The translations under genes and the position numbers were made by a program. Below, in pieces: positions 60,982 through 64,000 of a stretch of 64,000 nucleotides of DNA (position 1 is the stretch's first letter; every line of letters starts with the position of its first letter). The notes under the pieces were generated by a model, which ran no database searches, was not told the DNA's origin, and worked only from the letters and a program-made list of their open reading frames with translations. The stretch is from Burkholderiales bacterium. GTDB taxonomy: Bacteria; Pseudomonadota; Gammaproteobacteria; Burkholderiales; Eutrophovitaceae. Location: contig DASRFY010000211.1 in assembly GCA_035651315.1 (NCBI GenBank), forward strand, positions 148 to 64,147, given 5' to 3'.

Positions 60982-62622
60982 ATGAACCTCAGCCCCCTGG
61001 CGGGCAAGCCCGCCCCTGCGTCCCTGCTGATCGACGTGGCGCGGCTGGTCACCGCGTATTACGCCGAGCGGCCCGACCCCGCCGTGGCCGCGCAGCGGGT
61101 GGCGTTCGGCACCTCCGGCCATCGCGGCTCGGCGCTCAACGGCGGCTTCAACGAGATGCACATCCTGGCCGTGACGCAGGCGATCTGCGACTTCCGCCGC
61201 GCGCAGGGCGTCGCCGGCCCGCTGTTCCTGGGCCGGGACACGCACGCCCTCTCGCAACCGGCATTCACCACCGCGCTGGAGGTGCTGGCCGGAAACGAAG
61301 TCGAGGTCAGGATCGACCGCGAGCTCGGCTACACGCCGACACCGGTGATCTCCCACGCGATCCTCACGCATAACCGCGGCAGCAGCGCGGCGGCCGACGG
61401 CATCGTGATCACGCCCTCGCACAATCCGCCGGAGGACGGCGGCTTCAAATACAACCCGCCGCACGGCGGGCCAGCCGACACCGAAGCGACGAGGGCGATC
61501 GAACGGCGCGCCAACGCCCTGATGGCGGAGGGCCTGCGCGAGGTGAAGCGGATTGCGTACGCGCGCGCGCTCGCCGCGACTGCCACGCGCCGGCACGACT
61601 ACATCGGCGGCTACGTCGACGATCTTGGGAGCGTCGTGGACCTCGATCCGGTGCGTTCGGCAGCGCTTCGCATCGGCGTGGATGCGCTGGGCGGCGCGGC
61701 ACTCGCGTACTGGCGGCATGTGGCGGAGCGCCACGGCCTCGACATCTCGGTCGTCAACGATGCGCCGGACCCGACTTTCCGCTTCATGACCGTGGATCGC
61801 GACGGCCGGATCCGCATGGACTGCTCGTCTCCCTACGCCATGGCCGGCCTGATCGGGCTGAAGGAGCGCTTCGACGTCGCCTTCGGCAACGACACCGATA
61901 CGGACCGCCATGGCATCGTCACGCGCAGCGCGGGCCTGCTCGCGCCCAACGCCTATCTCGCCACCGCCTTGTCCTATCTCCTCACCCATCGCCCGCAATG
62001 GCCCGCCGGTGCTTGCGTGGGCAAGACGGTGGTGAGCAGCAGCCTCATCGACCGGGTCGCGGCCCAGCTCGGCCGGCGCGTCTTCGAGACCCCGGTCGGA
62101 TTCAAATGGTTCGTGCAAGGCCTGCTGGAGGGTTCGACGCTGTTCGCAGGCGAGGAAAGCGCGGGCGCTACATTCGCGCGCCGCGACGGCAGCGCCTGGA
62201 CCACCGACAAGGACGGCATCATTCTCGGGCTGCTGGCCGCCGAGATGACGGCCAGGACCGGGCGCGATCCCGGCGAGCTGTATCGGGAGCTGGCGAGCCG
62301 GCTCGGCGAGCCGGCTTACGAACGCATCGATGCCCCGGCTGGCGCAGCACAGAAGGCCGCACTGATGGAACTGTCGCAGGATCGGCTGCGCCTGGAGATG
62401 CTGGCGGGCGATCCGGTGCGCGCAGTGCTGGCAACGGCGCCCGGCAACGGCGCGCCGATCGGCGGCATCAAGGTCGTCTCCGACAACGGCTGGTTCGCCG
62501 TGCGGCCGTCGGGAACGGAAGACGTGTACAAGCTCTACGCCGAGAGCTTCGTGGGCGTGCCGCATTTGCGCCGCATCCAGGAAGAGGCCCAGGAGACGAT
62601 CGCCCGGTCACTCGGTCACTAA
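60982..62622 (+). CDS. pgm: Phosphoglucomutase (alpha-D-glucose phosphate-specific)
   Basis: 546 aa. Has the active-site TPSHNP, and FGTSGHRG and GEESAG motifs. Confidence 0.93.
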   Translation: MNLSPLAGKPAPASLLIDVARLVTAYYAERPDPAVAAQRVAFGTSGHRGSALNGGFNEMHILAVTQAICDFRRAQGVAGPLFLGRDTHALSQPAFTTALEVLAGNEVEVRIDRELGYTPTPVISHAILTHNRGSSAAADGIVITPSHNPPEDGGFKYNPPHGGPADTEATRAIERRANALMAEGLREVKRIAYARALAATATRRHDYIGGYVDDLGSVVDLDPVRSAALRIGVDALGGAALAYWRHVAERHGLDISVVNDAPDPTFRFMTVDRDGRIRMDCSSPYAMAGLIGLKERFDVAFGNDTDTDRHGIVTRSAGLLAPNAYLATALSYLLTHRPQWPAGACVGKTVVSSSLIDRVAAQLGRRVFETPVGFKWFVQGLLEGSTLFAGEESAGATFARRDGSAWTTDKDGIILGLLAAEMTARTGRDPGELYRELASRLGEPAYERIDAPAGAAQKAALMELSQDRLRLEMLAGDPVRAVLATAPGNGAPIGGIKVVSDNGWFAVRPSGTEDVYKLYAESFVGVPHLRRIQEEAQETIARSLGH

Positions 62623-62764
62623 GCGCCGCGGTTGCGCGTCGGTCGCTCAGCCCTCGGCCGCATCGCAGATCGTGGCGGCCTGTCCGCGGTCCGCGTGCAC
62701 AGGCCCTCGATCCTGACGTCGTCCACTACCGGCCGGATGCAACGTCATCCGGCGCGGAAGGTGG

Positions 62765-63196
62765 TCACTGGCCGTGCATCTGGCCGTGCATCTTGCCCTG
62801 CAAGACCTGCATCTGATTCATCATCTGTTCCATCATCATCTGCATCATGTCCATCCGGTTCTGCATTCTCTTCTCGCGGTCCTCGGGGCTCATCATCCCC
62901 TTGTCGTGCATGCCGCCGCCACCCTGCATGCCCATCATCATTCCGCCGCCCATCCCGCGCATCTCCCGCATCTGTTCCTGCATGGTCTGCATGTGCTCCT
63001 GCAGCAGCTTGTCGCGCTCCTTCGGGTCCTTGGCCTTGCGGAGTCGGTCCATCTGCTCGTTCATCGTCTGCATGCGCTTTTCCATTTGCTGCAACTGCTT
63101 TTCCTCCTTGCCCTTCTCCGCCTCGCCCTGCGCCAGCGCGACGGGCAGTGCGAGCGTAAAAGTCGCCAGCAGCGCAATCAGCCACGACATCTTCAT
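62765..63196 (-). CDS. Met-rich periplasmic protein (putative Cu(I)/metal-binding)
   Basis: Sec signal WLIALLATFTLALPVALA. The mature part is about 23% Met (GMGGGMMMGMQGGGGM, MDMMQMMMEQMMNQM). GGAGG sits 6 nt upstream of the ATG at 63196, and upstream in-frame ATGs reach 63202. Confidence 0.7.
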   Translation of the reverse strand: MKMSWLIALLATFTLALPVALAQGEAEKGKEEKQLQQMEKRMQTMNEQMDRLRKAKDPKERDKLLQEHMQTMQEQMREMRGMGGGMMMGMQGGGGMHDKGMMSPEDREKRMQNRMDMMQMMMEQMMNQMQVLQGKMHGQMHGQ

Positions 63197-63433
63197 GGTC
63201 ATCCTCCATCGTACGAATAGCCGGGCTGGTTGAGTGCCTCACGGAAGCGAGCCCGGAGCACTTCCGACGATCCTGCCGCAAGCTGGATAAAACCCTGGCA
63301 CCGAGGAGTCCCTGCGTCGACCACTCGGCCGGCACGTTCCGCGCTGCCGCCATGCAAGCGGCATCGTTACAAATGCAAACATACTCTCGTGCCGCCGCCT
63401 CAACTTGACCTGCGTCAACGATGCGAGAAGCGA

Positions 63434-63464
63434 TTGACCTGTGAGTAACTCACAGGATTGCAAT
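63434..63464 (+). promoter_or_regulatory. MerR-type promoter/operator (19-bp spacer with perfect dyad)
   Basis: TTGACC (63434-63439), a 19-nt spacer, then TGCAAT (63459-63464). The perfect 9-bp dyad CCTGTGAGT-A-ACTCACAGG (63438-63456) is positioned as in PzntA/PcadA-type MerR promoters. Confidence 0.5.
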
Positions 63465-63676
63465 CCACGGCGGAGAATCTTCGGGCATGGACGTAACCGC
63501 AACGCGTGCAGCGCCGTGCCGGCCCTAGGCGGCGTGCGCCGGCCGCGCACCCGGCGCCCGCATCGTTGCTCCGTTGCGACGACGGTAGTGCGCAATTGAT
63601 CTTGGTCAACCGGTCGAAGGCGGATTCCCTCGATACTTTTCGCGACGATCGGGCGTCTTTCTCGTGGAGGCAGGCA

Positions 63677-63904
63677 ATGTTTGGTGACGGACTCTGGTTT
63701 TTCGGGATGCATGCACTGTGGTGGGTCTTCTGGGTGGTGGTCATCGTCGCGCTCGTTGCCTTCGTCCTGCCGGGATGGAACAGGGGGGAACGGGAAACGC
63801 CGCTCGAGATCCTGAAGCGCCGCTACGCGGCCGGAGAGATTTCGAAAGACGAATACGAGGAGCGCAGGGCGACGTTGACGCGGGACACCGATCCCGGCAA
63901 TTGA
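63677..63904 (+). CDS. SHOCT-domain small membrane protein
   Basis: 75 aa. An N-terminal TM (WWVFWVVVIVALVAFVL) plus the SHOCT motif LEILKRRYAAGEISKDEYEERR. GGAGG RBS. Confidence 0.75.
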   Translation: MFGDGLWFFGMHALWWVFWVVVIVALVAFVLPGWNRGERETPLEILKRRYAAGEISKDEYEERRATLTRDTDPGN

Positions 63905-63937
63905 CTCGCAGCGGCATCCTTACACGAGGAGTGGATC

Positions 63938-64000
63938 ATGGATTGGCTGTCGCAGAACTGGTTCTGGGTGTTGATCTTTGTCGCGTTCATCGCCATGCAT
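63938..64000 (+). CDS. DUF2933-like small membrane protein, 3-prime end outside the window
   Basis: MDWLSQNWFWVLIFVAFIAMH resembles DUF2933 N-termini. GAGGAG RBS. Only 21 codons are visible. Confidence 0.5.
   Translation, partial: MDWLSQNWFWVLIFVAFIAMH

Noticed and set aside
62774-63220. 148-aa His/Leu-rich ORF on the plus strand (HHLFHHHLHHVH...).
   Set aside because: It is the mirror image of the Met-rich gene (CAT is the complement of ATG). It has no signal peptide or RBS, while the minus-strand frame has both.

Overview
High-GC (about 65-67%) chromosomal segment that looks betaproteobacterial (Rhodocyclales/Nitrosomonadales-like gene content and synteny; no taxon is claimed). About 60 genes are densely packed. 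Left to right: a partial FAD-linked D-lactate dehydrogenase, an EamA transporter, a CDGSH Fe-S protein, bdhA, and an AttEFGH-like ABC exporter with a lipocalin/CrtC-like protein. Next come a yybP-ykoY (Mn) riboswitch with a UPF0016/GDT1 exporter and an aerobic benzoyl-CoA (box) cluster (hydrolase, bclA, flavodoxin, boxR, boxC, boxB) with no adjacent boxA. These are followed by doxX-pirin, an MFS transporter with a coupled mini-ORF, a LysR-controlled HAE-type RND pump, and a thioredoxin/HME-RND(CusA/CzcA-like)/MFP/OMP/ndh string. The core block is leuA-pssA-psd-ilvC-ilvH-ilvI, then IMPase, a thioredoxin-like protein, rsmE, an SDR, argA and yggX. A polyphosphate cluster follows (ppk1, CYTH-CHAD, sixA-like, two-domain ppk2). 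Then comes a copper/metal module: DUF2946-like protein, lipoprotein, TolC, multicopper oxidase, CusF, cupredoxin, a His-rich protein, two MerR genes, DUF2933 and an ICMT-like methyltransferase. The window ends with xfp, pgm, a Met-rich periplasmic protein and a SHOCT/DUF2933 pair behind a MerR-type promoter. No rRNA, tRNA, CRISPR, transposase or integrase was seen. The most unusual signal is three long intra-operon hairpin elements (about 4351-4570, 14449-14722, 28319-28478). Their arms are tandem 7-8-mers (CGCAAAG, CGCAGAG, CACAGAG/CACCAAGG) with exactly complementary opposite arms. The architecture and junction motifs are shared, but the repeat unit differs between copies.
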